Shown: positions 1 through 8,645 of the stretch, piece after piece
Position numbering within the stretch: the first letter of the stretch is position 1
Layout of the letters: each line of letters opens with the position of its first letter
Origin: an uncultured Desulfosarcina sp.
Lineage (GTDB): Bacteria; Desulfobacterota; Desulfobacteria; Desulfobacterales; Desulfosarcinaceae
Length of the DNA stretch: 64,000 nt
Reading direction: 5' to 3'
NCBI GenBank assembly: GCA_963674945.2
Contig: CAXXWQ010000004.1
Location: 3,008,001 to 3,072,000, forward strand
Program-made: the position numbers and the translations under genes
Notes under the pieces: generated by a model
Told to the model about the DNA's origin: nothing
The model's database searches: none
What the model saw: only the letters and a program-made list of their open reading frames with translations

Positions 1-935
1 TTTTCTATCTCTTCAGCATCTCTTTTGGACAGGTAATCATTCCATTTCTTTGTCTGCTTCATTACATCTTTATGGACATATGGATCCCATGCAGGACCCT
101 TGATTGATTCATCGCCAAGTATACAATCCCTGTCATATGGCTCTCCTAGAAAGTTGCACAACTTTTTAAAACCTGATTCCGGATCGTTAACAAACGTTTC
201 GTAATTTAATAAAAAAATATTGTCCGGATACTTTTTCAGGAACCAAAACATTGATTGATAGCACTCATTATATTGTTTGCAAAAAGAAGACAAATGAACA
301 TCAAGCCATGATTCAGGATCAACCATTGCTCGTTTTTTAAAGGAACTGTAAACATCAACAGGATGGCGAATAGCAAAAATTATTTTAGTATCAGGGAAAG
401 AGTAAAAAATTTCCGATAAATATTGGTAATGATGGGGTGTTTTTTCAACTATACGTTGGCCGTTTCGAACGCTTGAGACACAATCAAAATAGGAATTGAT
501 AATAAAATAATTAAGGCTAAGAACATAGTGCCATATCCGTATTGAATGACTTATTATATTATTTCCGATCGCTTTTTGCAGCAGGTAAACATACCGATAT
601 TTCAACAGCCTAACAGGAGAAATTTTCTGCAAAGAGATCAAGAAGTTCAATTTTTTCAGGAAGCGATCAAATTCCTTCGGACTATTGAAAAAATCAATTA
701 CGTTCCTTTCCCATGAGCACGAGACTTGTTTGTATTGATACAGCATCTCAAAAATATGCGTTTCAGGAGTAAAAAACATGGTGTTTTCCGGATTTCCGTT
801 TTTCTTTACAATAAAAGATGGATGAGACTCTACGATCCTTTTAACTAACGTGGTACCCGTACGTGGAAATCCAACAACAAAAACGTGTGGTGCCGTTTTC
901 TCTAAATCCATTTTTCGTTTTTTCCTAGAAATCAT
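1..935 (-). CDS. PAPS-dependent sulfotransferase family protein (3' end runs off the window)
   Basis: Not in the ORF track because it is open at the edge. Manual translation from ATG 935 (alternative 911) gives ...HVFVVGFPRTGTT (5'-PSB loop)...VEKTPHH...IRHPVDVYSS (3'-PB motif)...NYETFVNDP...KKWNDYL. Confidence 0.8.
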   Translation of the reverse strand, partial: MISRKKRKMDLEKTAPHVFVVGFPRTGTTLVKRIVESHPSFIVKKNGNPENTMFFTPETHIFEMLYQYKQVSCSWERNVIDFFNSPKEFDRFLKKLNFLISLQKISPVRLLKYRYVYLLQKAIGNNIISHSIRIWHYVLSLNYFIINSYFDCVSSVRNGQRIVEKTPHHYQYLSEIFYSFPDTKIIFAIRHPVDVYSSFKKRAMVDPESWLDVHLSSFCKQYNECYQSMFWFLKKYPDNIFLLNYETFVNDPESGFKKLCNFLGEPYDRDCILGDESIKGPAWDPYVHKDVMKQTKKWNDYLSKRDAEEIE

Positions 936-1293
936 GTAGGGACTCGGGTTGTTTTCTTTTCAATCCGTAGCCATAGCGGGACAGGTGTTTCCAGCAGTGC
1001 AAGCGAAGGCTGTATGAATGGAGGATTCGGAAAGAACCAACATAAAACCCAAAACACCACTCTATCCTCGGCAACCCTCATAATACAATCATTTTTTTCT
1101 GTTGAAGACTGTTTTTCTTGGCTATGGTTTCAATGCACGCGTTCCTTGGAAATCGAATCTGTTTTACACAGGTGTCTGGTACCGCTTGGTGTCTCCGGTG
1201 AACGTAACACCGAAATGTGATGAAAATTTGTATGAAATATGGGATTATTGGGAAAAACGCTTCGTAATAGAAAACAGCAGGGGAAAAGATGCC

Positions 1294-1974
1294 ATGTCCC
1301 AAGAACACATCCTGGTGATCGAAGACGAAGTGAAGATCGCCTCACTGTTACGTGACTACCTGGATCAAGCCGGGTTCAAGGTTACCTGCCTCGAACGGGG
1401 AGATGGGGCCGTGGATATGATCCGACGATTGTCGCCTGCACTGGTGTTGCTGGACCTGATGCTTCCCGGAACCGACGGCATCGCCATCTGCCGGGAGGTC
1501 CGGCAATTCTCCGATCTGCCCATCATCATGATCACCGCAAAGGTGGAAGAGGTCGATCGGCTGGTGGGGTTGGAACTCGGGGCGGACGATTACATCTGCA
1601 AGCCCTTCAGTCCGCGGGAGGTAGTGGCCCGGGTAAAGGTCGTACTGCGTCGCACCCGTCCGGGCAGCCCTTTTCAGCGACTCGTTGCCGGGCCCATCAT
1701 TCTCGACGAACCCCATCGCCGGGTGACCGTCGACGGAACGGAATTATCCCTCACCCCCAGCGAATTCAGCCTGCTTCAGGTATTGATCACCGCACCCGGA
1801 AGGGTTTTTTCACGCGGAGAACTGCTGGACAGGGTTCAAGGATACCGTTTCGAGGGATACGACAGAACCATCGACAGCCATATCAAGAATCTGCGAAAAA
1901 AAATTGCCCGGGTTCTGCCCGATCGGGAGGTGATCGTGACGATCTATGGTGCGGGGTACAAACTGGCTCTGTGA
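1294..1974 (+). CDS. OmpR/BaeR-family response regulator
   Basis: REC domain (ILVIEDE, LLDLMLPG, ADDYICKPF) plus winged helix (LTPSEF..., RTIDSHIKNLRKK, YGAGY). Start taken at ATG 1294 rather than the TTG at 1102. Confidence 0.9.
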   Translation: MSQEHILVIEDEVKIASLLRDYLDQAGFKVTCLERGDGAVDMIRRLSPALVLLDLMLPGTDGIAICREVRQFSDLPIIMITAKVEEVDRLVGLELGADDYICKPFSPREVVARVKVVLRRTRPGSPFQRLVAGPIILDEPHRRVTVDGTELSLTPSEFSLLQVLITAPGRVFSRGELLDRVQGYRFEGYDRTIDSHIKNLRKKIARVLPDREVIVTIYGAGYKLAL

Positions 1975-2117
1975 GTCATGTCCGACAAGATAATACAAGA
2001 ATGCGTTTCTTTCGTAATACTGTTTGGCCATCTTTGGCCTGGAAACGCTTTTTACGAGATCATCAATGGTGACGAAAAAAAGTTGACCGAAAAAAATGCA
2101 TCCGATAAGTCAGAATC

Positions 2118-2999
2118 ATGATCCTCTCATATCACCCCTGCTTCGAAGCCGATGAAAACCGCCTTTGTGCGGGAAGACAGCCGGATAAAGACGATCTTGC
2201 CCTCATTTCAAAGGCGTGTGCCGTGATTTTGCCCCAGGGATGCCCGGAGGCGCTGTACGAAATGGCCAGCCGGCATTGTGATCACGTGTTTCCCCATTAC
2301 GAGGCGCGGTTCCGATACCCGGGAAAGACCGGTCAAGCCAGAATGATGAAAGACTTGTCGGTTCCCTGTCCCCGGTCCTGGGTGTTTCCCGACACGAAAC
2401 AGGCTGAAAAAATCGCCCGGACCGTCAACGCCATCGGTTTTCCTCTCGTATTCAAACTGAACTGGGGGGGGGAAGGAGACACGGTTTTTCTTCTTTCCGG
2501 CCCTGCGGATCTTGACGCCGCTCTTTCCCGGGCAGCGTCCTACGAGCGCAGCGGACAAAAGGGTTTCGTCCTTCAACAGTATCTTCCCCACGGCGGACGG
2601 ACCCTTCGGGTTGTGGTGATTGGAGAACATTACCAGGCCTATTGGCGAATCCAGGATGATCCATTTGTTTTCGGCACCAGTATGAACCGAGGCGCCCGGA
2701 TCGATCATTCGGAAGATCCCCCTCTTCGGGAATCGGGAACGGCCCTGGTGCAAGATGTTTGTCAAAAAACCCGTATCAACCTGGCCGGATTCGACGTTAT
2801 TTTTAATCATTCGGAAAAAGGACACCTGGAACCGACGCCGATGGTGCTGGAAATCAACTACTTTTTCGGTAGAAGGGGGCTTGGCGGATCGGAACCATTT
2901 TATGGCCTGCTGCAACGCCAGATCGAAAAATGGCTGGACGGTTTGTCGCTGCACATGAAACCGTGCCTGGCGAAAATGGACGCAAAGGAGATACCGTGA
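2118..2999 (+). CDS. RimK-like ATP-grasp ligase
   Basis: FPLVFKLNWGGEG, VLQQYL, LRVVVIG, AGFDVI, VLEINYFFG ATP-grasp motifs. Confidence 0.75.
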   Translation: MILSYHPCFEADENRLCAGRQPDKDDLALISKACAVILPQGCPEALYEMASRHCDHVFPHYEARFRYPGKTGQARMMKDLSVPCPRSWVFPDTKQAEKIARTVNAIGFPLVFKLNWGGEGDTVFLLSGPADLDAALSRAASYERSGQKGFVLQQYLPHGGRTLRVVVIGEHYQAYWRIQDDPFVFGTSMNRGARIDHSEDPPLRESGTALVQDVCQKTRINLAGFDVIFNHSEKGHLEPTPMVLEINYFFGRRGLGGSEPFYGLLQRQIEKWLDGLSLHMKPCLAKMDAKEIP

Positions 3000-3292
3000 A
3001 ACCATTTGCCTTCGACCTGGATGAAAAAGACATGAAACGGGAGCGCCATAAGGCCAGGGAGCTTCGGCAATCCCAATGGTGGAAACGCCGATTGGCAAAG
3101 TGCCGCTGTCATTATTGTGGAAGTGAGATCCCGGCTGCGCTTTTGACCATGGACCACATCGTCCCCGTGGCCCGGGGAGGAAAAACGACCAAAGGAAACG
3201 TGGTTCCCGCATGCAAATCGTGTAACAACAAAAAAAAGCAGATGCTTCCCTTGGAATGGGACGAATATCTGAGGAACCTTCGATCTCGATGA
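2996..3292 (+). CDS. HNH endonuclease
   Basis: CHYC...TMDHIVPVARGG...NVVPACKSCNNKK. GTG start overlaps the upstream stop (GTGA). Confidence 0.85.
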   Translation: MKPFAFDLDEKDMKRERHKARELRQSQWWKRRLAKCRCHYCGSEIPAALLTMDHIVPVARGGKTTKGNVVPACKSCNNKKKQMLPLEWDEYLRNLRSR

Positions 3293-3305
3293 ACCGCACG
3301 ATCTT

Positions 3306-3458
3306 GACGGATTCGTAAAAAGTCCGATATCGGCGTTACGCTTCATCCTTCGTCACTGCGGAGTACGATAAGTACGCCTCATTCCTCAGGATTCGCAAGC
3401 CTTGATCTCGGGCTTTTTACGAATCCGTCCGAGAGGCGACTTTTTACGAGATCACCAA
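3306..3458. repeat. Palindromic MITE/REP-like element with terminal inverted repeats and an extra terminal half-site
   Basis: GACGGATTCGTAAAAAG (3306-3322) and CTTTTTACGAATCCGTC (3413-3429) form a perfect 17-bp IR, extendable to 26 bp with 2 mismatches. Extra half-site CTTTTTACGAGATCACCAA at 3440-3458. Related ends at 2048-2066, 15906-15939 and 32994-33011. Confidence 0.75.
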
Positions 3459-3582
3459 TTTTCGTCGGTTTCATGGACCATTGCCGGTATCAATTCGGCC
3501 CATAGCTGTTGACAACATCTCAAAACTGTCTTTTAATCGCGCGACCGCAGATTTTTCGTACCTTCAACCCTTCGGAGGTCTG

Positions 3583-5076
3583 ATGATTACGGAAAAAGAG
3601 CACAACTTGATTCTGCGTGCCTTTGATGCTTTCACGCGTAGAATTGTCGTCATATCCAAAGATTTTCGCATCTTGGCATCCGTCGGTTTTAAAGAAAAGG
3701 AAGAAATGACCCCGACGGGGGAATTCTGCCACCTTCTGATTTACAAAAGAAACGAACCTTGCGAAAAATGTCCGGCCAGGATCGTCTTGAAAACAGGCAC
3801 CGCCTCCCTGCGCGACCTGTCCGCCGGTGCCTTTAGCAAGCGAGGCCGGGCCTGTTTATATGCGTACCCCATCGAAAATGAAGATGGAGAAGAATGCATC
3901 GCGGTTTTTGCCTTCGAATTTCCCGCCTTGGATGGCATCGAGGAAGAGCTGCAAACAGCCAACCGTTTCCTGTACAATTTGCTGCAAAGCGCATGTGATG
4001 GTGTCATCGCCGCCGACATGTCGGGAAAGATCGTCATTTTCAACGATGCCGCCGCAGAAGTTACCGGTTATAGCGTCGAAGAGGCATTGGATCACCTGAA
4101 CATCCGAGAGATCTACGAGGAAGGGGTGGCCCATGAGGTGATGCAGAACCTGAGAAGCGAAGACTATGGTGGAAAGGGAAAACTAAAAAAATACCGCATA
4201 CAGGCCTGTGGCAAAAACGGGGCTAAGATTCCTATCAGTTTGTATGCATCCATCATTTATGACGAATACGGAGAAGAAGCCGGCTCCATCGGCTTTTTCC
4301 ACGATCTGCGGGAACGCATTCACATCCAAAACAAACTGGAAAAGACACAACTGCAACTGATCCAATCGGAAAAAATGGCGAGTTTGGGAAAATTGGCCGC
4401 CGGCGTTGCCCATCAGCTCAACAATCCACTGGGCGGTATCACCTTGTATACCAAGCTAATGCTGGAAGATTACGAACTGGAGGAAAATGCAAAAAAGGAT
4501 CTATACCGGATACTGAAGGATGCCCAGCGGTGCCGGGACACGGTAAAAGAACTGCTCGAATTTTCCCGGCAGACGCGTCAGATGATGAAACCCCTGAATA
4601 TCAACAAAGCCATTGAACGGACCCTGTTTCTCATCGAAAACCAGACGCTGTTTCACAACATCATCCTCAAGAAAAACATGGCGCCATTCATCCCCCTGGT
4701 CATTGCGGACAGTCAACAGATGGGCCACGTCTTCATGAACATCATCATCAATTCGGCCCAGGCAATGGACGGCCATGGCACCATCAACATCACCACGCGG
4801 GAATCGGCGAACAGGGACCGGGTGATCATCAGCATCGCCGACACCGGTCCGGGAATTGCCGCCGAAGACCTGGACCATATCTTCGAACCGTTTTTTACCA
4901 CCAAAGAAGAGGGAAAAGGTACCGGATTGGGATTGAGCATCGTGTATGGCATCATCGAAAACCACGACGGTAAAATTTATGCCAGAAGCGTTCAGGGTCA
5001 AGGAACCACCTTTACCATCGAACTTCCCGTCATCCATGACAGAGAAAAAGGAGCCGAACATGCAGAGCAAACCTGA
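3583..5076 (+). CDS. PAS-domain sensor histidine kinase (NtrB-like)
   Basis: GGAGG RBS before ATG 3583; PAS (IFNDAAAEVTGYS); H-box GVAHQLNNPL; N, G1, F and G2 boxes (DTGPGI, IFEPFFTTK, GTGLGL). Confidence 0.9.
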   Translation: MITEKEHNLILRAFDAFTRRIVVISKDFRILASVGFKEKEEMTPTGEFCHLLIYKRNEPCEKCPARIVLKTGTASLRDLSAGAFSKRGRACLYAYPIENEDGEECIAVFAFEFPALDGIEEELQTANRFLYNLLQSACDGVIAADMSGKIVIFNDAAAEVTGYSVEEALDHLNIREIYEEGVAHEVMQNLRSEDYGGKGKLKKYRIQACGKNGAKIPISLYASIIYDEYGEEAGSIGFFHDLRERIHIQNKLEKTQLQLIQSEKMASLGKLAAGVAHQLNNPLGGITLYTKLMLEDYELEENAKKDLYRILKDAQRCRDTVKELLEFSRQTRQMMKPLNINKAIERTLFLIENQTLFHNIILKKNMAPFIPLVIADSQQMGHVFMNIIINSAQAMDGHGTINITTRESANRDRVIISIADTGPGIAAEDLDHIFEPFFTTKEEGKGTGLGLSIVYGIIENHDGKIYARSVQGQGTTFTIELPVIHDREKGAEHAEQT

Positions 5077-6544
5077 TCCTTTGACCGTTCTGGTGGTCGA
5101 TGATGAAAAAGGAATTCGGGACGGATCGAAGCGGATCATCAGCCGTATGGATTGCGACGTATTGACGGCGAAAAACGGAGATGAAGGGCTTTCCCTCCTC
5201 GAAGGGAACGATGTGGCCATCGTTCTGTTGGATCTGAAGATGCCCGGTATTGACGGCATGGAGGTGTTGAAACGGATTCAGGCGATGAACCGCAATATCC
5301 TGGTCATCGTGATCACCGGTTTCGCCACCGTCGAAACAGCCATCGAGGCCATGAAACAAGGTGCCTATGACTTCGTATCCAAACCCTTTGAGCCGGATCA
5401 ACTTCGGATCGTGGTGAATCGCGCCCGGGAAAAGTGCTGGCTGGAAAAAGAACGGGAAAAACTGGAAATCGAGAGACGGCAGACCCTCGCGGATCTGGGA
5501 GCGGAAAAGAGCCGGATTCGAACCATCATCGATTCGCTTCCCAATGGCATCGTCGTGACCAACTCCGACGGCAGGGTGGTACTGATGAATCCTTCCTGCC
5601 GCCGGCTTTTGAATCTCCACAAGGACGAAGTCGTCGGCGAAACAATCGACCACTACATTTCCGACATTGGGCTTTGTCAGCTAATCCTTGAAATCTCCAC
5701 GGGGTGTCATGTGGATTACGAGGACATTCCCACCTACGAATTTTCCATCGGCGGCGACCGTTTTCTCATGGTCCGGGGCCGGCCGGTCCTGGGTCAGCGC
5801 AATCAGTGCCTGGGAGCTGTGGTCACTGTCGTGGACATCACCAACATGAAGGTGTTGGACCGTCTCAAGTCTGAATTCGTTGCAAAGGTATCCCATGAAC
5901 TCAGGAGTCCTTTGTCCACTATCCATGAGCAACTCGCCCTGGTGCTCAACGACCTCATGGGGCAACTCGGCGAATCAGAAGAGCACCTGCTCTCCCGTGC
6001 CAAGGAAAAGACCCAGGGTCTCATTTCCACCATTGGTGACCTCCTGGATCTTTCCCGAATCGAGTCCGGTGCGACCTGCCAGGAGCCCAAGCCGGTGCAG
6101 CTGGAGGATCTGTTGGGAAATATCGTCGATTTTTTACGTACTCGTGCCCGTTCCAAGGACCAGTCGCTGAGCTTGGACCACCCCTCCGATCCGCTGCCAA
6201 CCATCAAAGCCGACCCGCTGGCCCTGGAGAGTATCTTCGGAAACCTCATCACCAACGCCATCAACTACACCCAAGCGGGAGGGGAGATTCGTGTGTTGGT
6301 GGATAGCGCCGGCATCAATCTGCGCGTCCAGGTGATCGACAACGGATTCGGCATCGAAGCGCGATACCTGGACAAAATTTTCGAAAGGTTTTTCCGTGTA
6401 AAAAATGACAAGACCCGCTTCATCACCGGAACCGGCTTGGGGCTGCCCATCGTCAAGGGGTTGGTGGAGGCGCTGAACGGCCAGATCCAGGTGGAGAGCA
6501 TCCCGGACAAGGGAACGACCTTTACGGTGTTGTTGCCGGCTTAA
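5060..6544 (+). CDS. Hybrid REC-PAS-histidine kinase
   Basis: N-terminal REC (VLVVDDE, LLDLKMPG, KPF), PAS, H-box VSHELRSPL, DNGFGI and GTGLGL. AGGAG RBS; overlaps the upstream kinase. Confidence 0.9.
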   Translation: MQSKPDPLTVLVVDDEKGIRDGSKRIISRMDCDVLTAKNGDEGLSLLEGNDVAIVLLDLKMPGIDGMEVLKRIQAMNRNILVIVITGFATVETAIEAMKQGAYDFVSKPFEPDQLRIVVNRAREKCWLEKEREKLEIERRQTLADLGAEKSRIRTIIDSLPNGIVVTNSDGRVVLMNPSCRRLLNLHKDEVVGETIDHYISDIGLCQLILEISTGCHVDYEDIPTYEFSIGGDRFLMVRGRPVLGQRNQCLGAVVTVVDITNMKVLDRLKSEFVAKVSHELRSPLSTIHEQLALVLNDLMGQLGESEEHLLSRAKEKTQGLISTIGDLLDLSRIESGATCQEPKPVQLEDLLGNIVDFLRTRARSKDQSLSLDHPSDPLPTIKADPLALESIFGNLITNAINYTQAGGEIRVLVDSAGINLRVQVIDNGFGIEARYLDKIFERFFRVKNDKTRFITGTGLGLPIVKGLVEALNGQIQVESIPDKGTTFTVLLPA

Positions 6545-6569
6545 GTTTAATCCATCCTTCCTGACCCGT

Positions 6570-7352
6570 TTACCGAGGATGGCTGATATCCTCACGCCTT
6601 TCGTTTTTTATTGTGTATGCAAACTCACGCCATGTCATAAATCCCCTTTTCTCATAATAAAGAGGCCCCGCATGGGGGCGATGATACGTCTTTATGGGGT
6701 TTACCGGCGTAAGATACTGACGACCATCAGTGAGATAGTGCCATGCAACAAGCGGGAAAAGGCCGATCCAACTCCTGATTTGGGTTTTGTAGGAGGTACA
6801 GTATAAAAGATATTTCAGCCTGTTTTTTGGTGGAATTGGTTTCGATACGGTTCGGCCATTGTTTTTCAATGGTTGTAGAACTCTGAAAAATGGATGGGTC
6901 AAATTTGCGGCGTTATAAAGAGGATACTGCCAGCATGGTGTTTTAATGTTTTGCTTTTCAATTATAATTGAAGCAATGAGAAACAGTGCATCATGATCCG
7001 GATGCCCCCCTTCCCAAGCCGGACAGTACAGGCTGGAAAGCCTTTGATTCTCGATCAGTTCAGCAATTGCCGAAACGGCGGCCGGCAAAAAGAAACATAG
7101 TTTTGTGTCTTTAATACAAAGTCGGGTGCCGATAAAATGAATATTCTCTTCTTGCACTCCCAGCCGGGTTAACACTTTGCGGGATTCCTCATTCCGATCT
7201 TCCGGAGAAGCTTCCCCATAGCTGCCGTCAGTAAGATAGAGGCATATCGGGCGAACGTTTTTTTGTATCGATTTTTCGATTTCGTAAAAAACACCATACT
7301 CATCGTCCTGGTGAGGAAACAGAAAAAGGGCAGCGGGCTTAGTAATTTTCAT
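6570..7352 (-). CDS. PIG-L family deacetylase
   Basis: FPHQDDE and GGHPDHDA metal-binding motifs, LTDGS, RNEES. Confidence 0.85.
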   Translation of the reverse strand: MKITKPAALFLFPHQDDEYGVFYEIEKSIQKNVRPICLYLTDGSYGEASPEDRNEESRKVLTRLGVQEENIHFIGTRLCIKDTKLCFFLPAAVSAIAELIENQRLSSLYCPAWEGGHPDHDALFLIASIIIEKQNIKTPCWQYPLYNAANLTHPFFRVLQPLKNNGRTVSKPIPPKNRLKYLLYCTSYKTQIRSWIGLFPLVAWHYLTDGRQYLTPVNPIKTYHRPHAGPLYYEKRGFMTWREFAYTIKNERREDISHPR

Positions 7353-7353
7353 C

Positions 7354-8211
7354 TTAATAGGCATCAAAATCCAAAAAGGAGAATAGTACTTTGCCTTTTT
7401 CGATCATTTTGGTTTTATCGTCCAGTGGCCTGAATATAAAATTAAGGGGAGAGGGTTTAAAACGTTCGGGTATGGGAAAATAGCGTTTGAATGGAACTCG
7501 GCCTTTGGGAACCAATCCGATAAATAATTTTGCCGGAGAAAAACGAAGCAGATGATTTTTTCTTTCGCTGGCAGGTGTGATGTCTGTGCGTATCTCCGTA
7601 GTAATCGGAATCAGGCCGTTAATTGATTTTGCATAACACCTTACATGATCATCTTTTTTTTCCCAAAAAACGGGATTGTCAGGATTGGAAAGACGCCATT
7701 GTAAGGATTCCGGGGTCCAGTTCCGCTTAAATTGTATGTTTTTTTGATGAGCAATCGGGATATGCTGAAGTTTGCCAACCCCGATTCCTGCCTCCAGCGG
7801 TTGGATCAGTTGATACCCTTGTCCTCGAATACATCCGGGAGTACTGTTTGCATTGGCAACCGCATAGACGCAGGAATAACCGTTTTCCGCCGCCAATTGA
7901 AACGTCATTTTTGCTAATTTGACATAAAGACCCCTTCTTTGAAAGTCCGGATGCGTTACGGAATTCAAAGGCCATATGGCCCTGACCGTTTCCCCATGCA
8001 CGGTCAGGGGAACGGGAAGGGCCGCATAATGTGCGGCTATGGTTTTTCCCTCGAAAGCATCAAAACCGATGGCTTCTCCATCGGGGCATTTTTGATAGAG
8101 CCATCGCAGATAGGCCATGGTAAATTTATGCGAATTCGGAAAGCATCGAGTCATCAGTGAAACATAAATATCGAGCGTTTTATCGTCGAGATTGATCTTT
8201 CGAAATTCCAT
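7354..8211 (-). CDS. GNAT family N-acyltransferase
   Basis: VTHPDFQRRGLY acyl-CoA motif A; YAVANANS. Confidence 0.8.
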   Translation of the reverse strand: MEFRKINLDDKTLDIYVSLMTRCFPNSHKFTMAYLRWLYQKCPDGEAIGFDAFEGKTIAAHYAALPVPLTVHGETVRAIWPLNSVTHPDFQRRGLYVKLAKMTFQLAAENGYSCVYAVANANSTPGCIRGQGYQLIQPLEAGIGVGKLQHIPIAHQKNIQFKRNWTPESLQWRLSNPDNPVFWEKKDDHVRCYAKSINGLIPITTEIRTDITPASERKNHLLRFSPAKLFIGLVPKGRVPFKRYFPIPERFKPSPLNFIFRPLDDKTKMIEKGKVLFSFLDFDAY

Positions 8212-8251
8212 AGGTGCGATGACCTTATTTGCTGAATTTGCAAAATACGAT

Positions 8252-8611
8252 TTATTGGTTTGATGTGGCGACCCAGATTCCGCAGCAGATCAGGACGGCA
8301 CCGATGATCGTTTGCCAGTGGATCGGTTCACCAAGAAACAATCGTGAAAAAACAGGAACAAAGATAAAGGCCATACCCATAAACGGATATGCAATTTTCA
8401 GGGGCGTCATTTTCAGAACGACGAGCCACATGACGGTGGCGGCAGCATATATCGTCAGCGCAAAAAACAACTTGAGGTTCAAAAAGTCTGCAAGCAAATG
8501 GCCAAATGAAAAGGTCATATCGCCGGCTGCGAGCTTAAAGAGAATCTGGCCTGCAGAGATAAGGACAACCGTTATAAGAATGATGAGTATTTGATATAAT
8601 GACATTTTCAT
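8252..8611 (-). CDS. EamA/SMR-type small membrane protein (ArnE/ArnF-like flippase candidate)
   Basis: Four hydrophobic helices; GQILFK, PLKIAYPF, LFLGEPI...IIGAVLICCGI resemble ArnE/F. Confidence 0.75.
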   Translation of the reverse strand: MKMSLYQILIILITVVLISAGQILFKLAAGDMTFSFGHLLADFLNLKLFFALTIYAAATVMWLVVLKMTPLKIAYPFMGMAFIFVPVFSRLFLGEPIHWQTIIGAVLICCGIWVATSNQ

Positions 8612-8645
8612 TTTTTCCGTTTGCAGTAATCGAGGGTGTGTCAAA

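Noticed and set aside
2208..3346. Minus-strand ORFs of 363 aa and 148 aa (MKRNADIGLFTNPS...)
   Set aside because: Antisense to the ATP-grasp and HNH genes; the 148-aa ORF starts inside the palindromic repeat.
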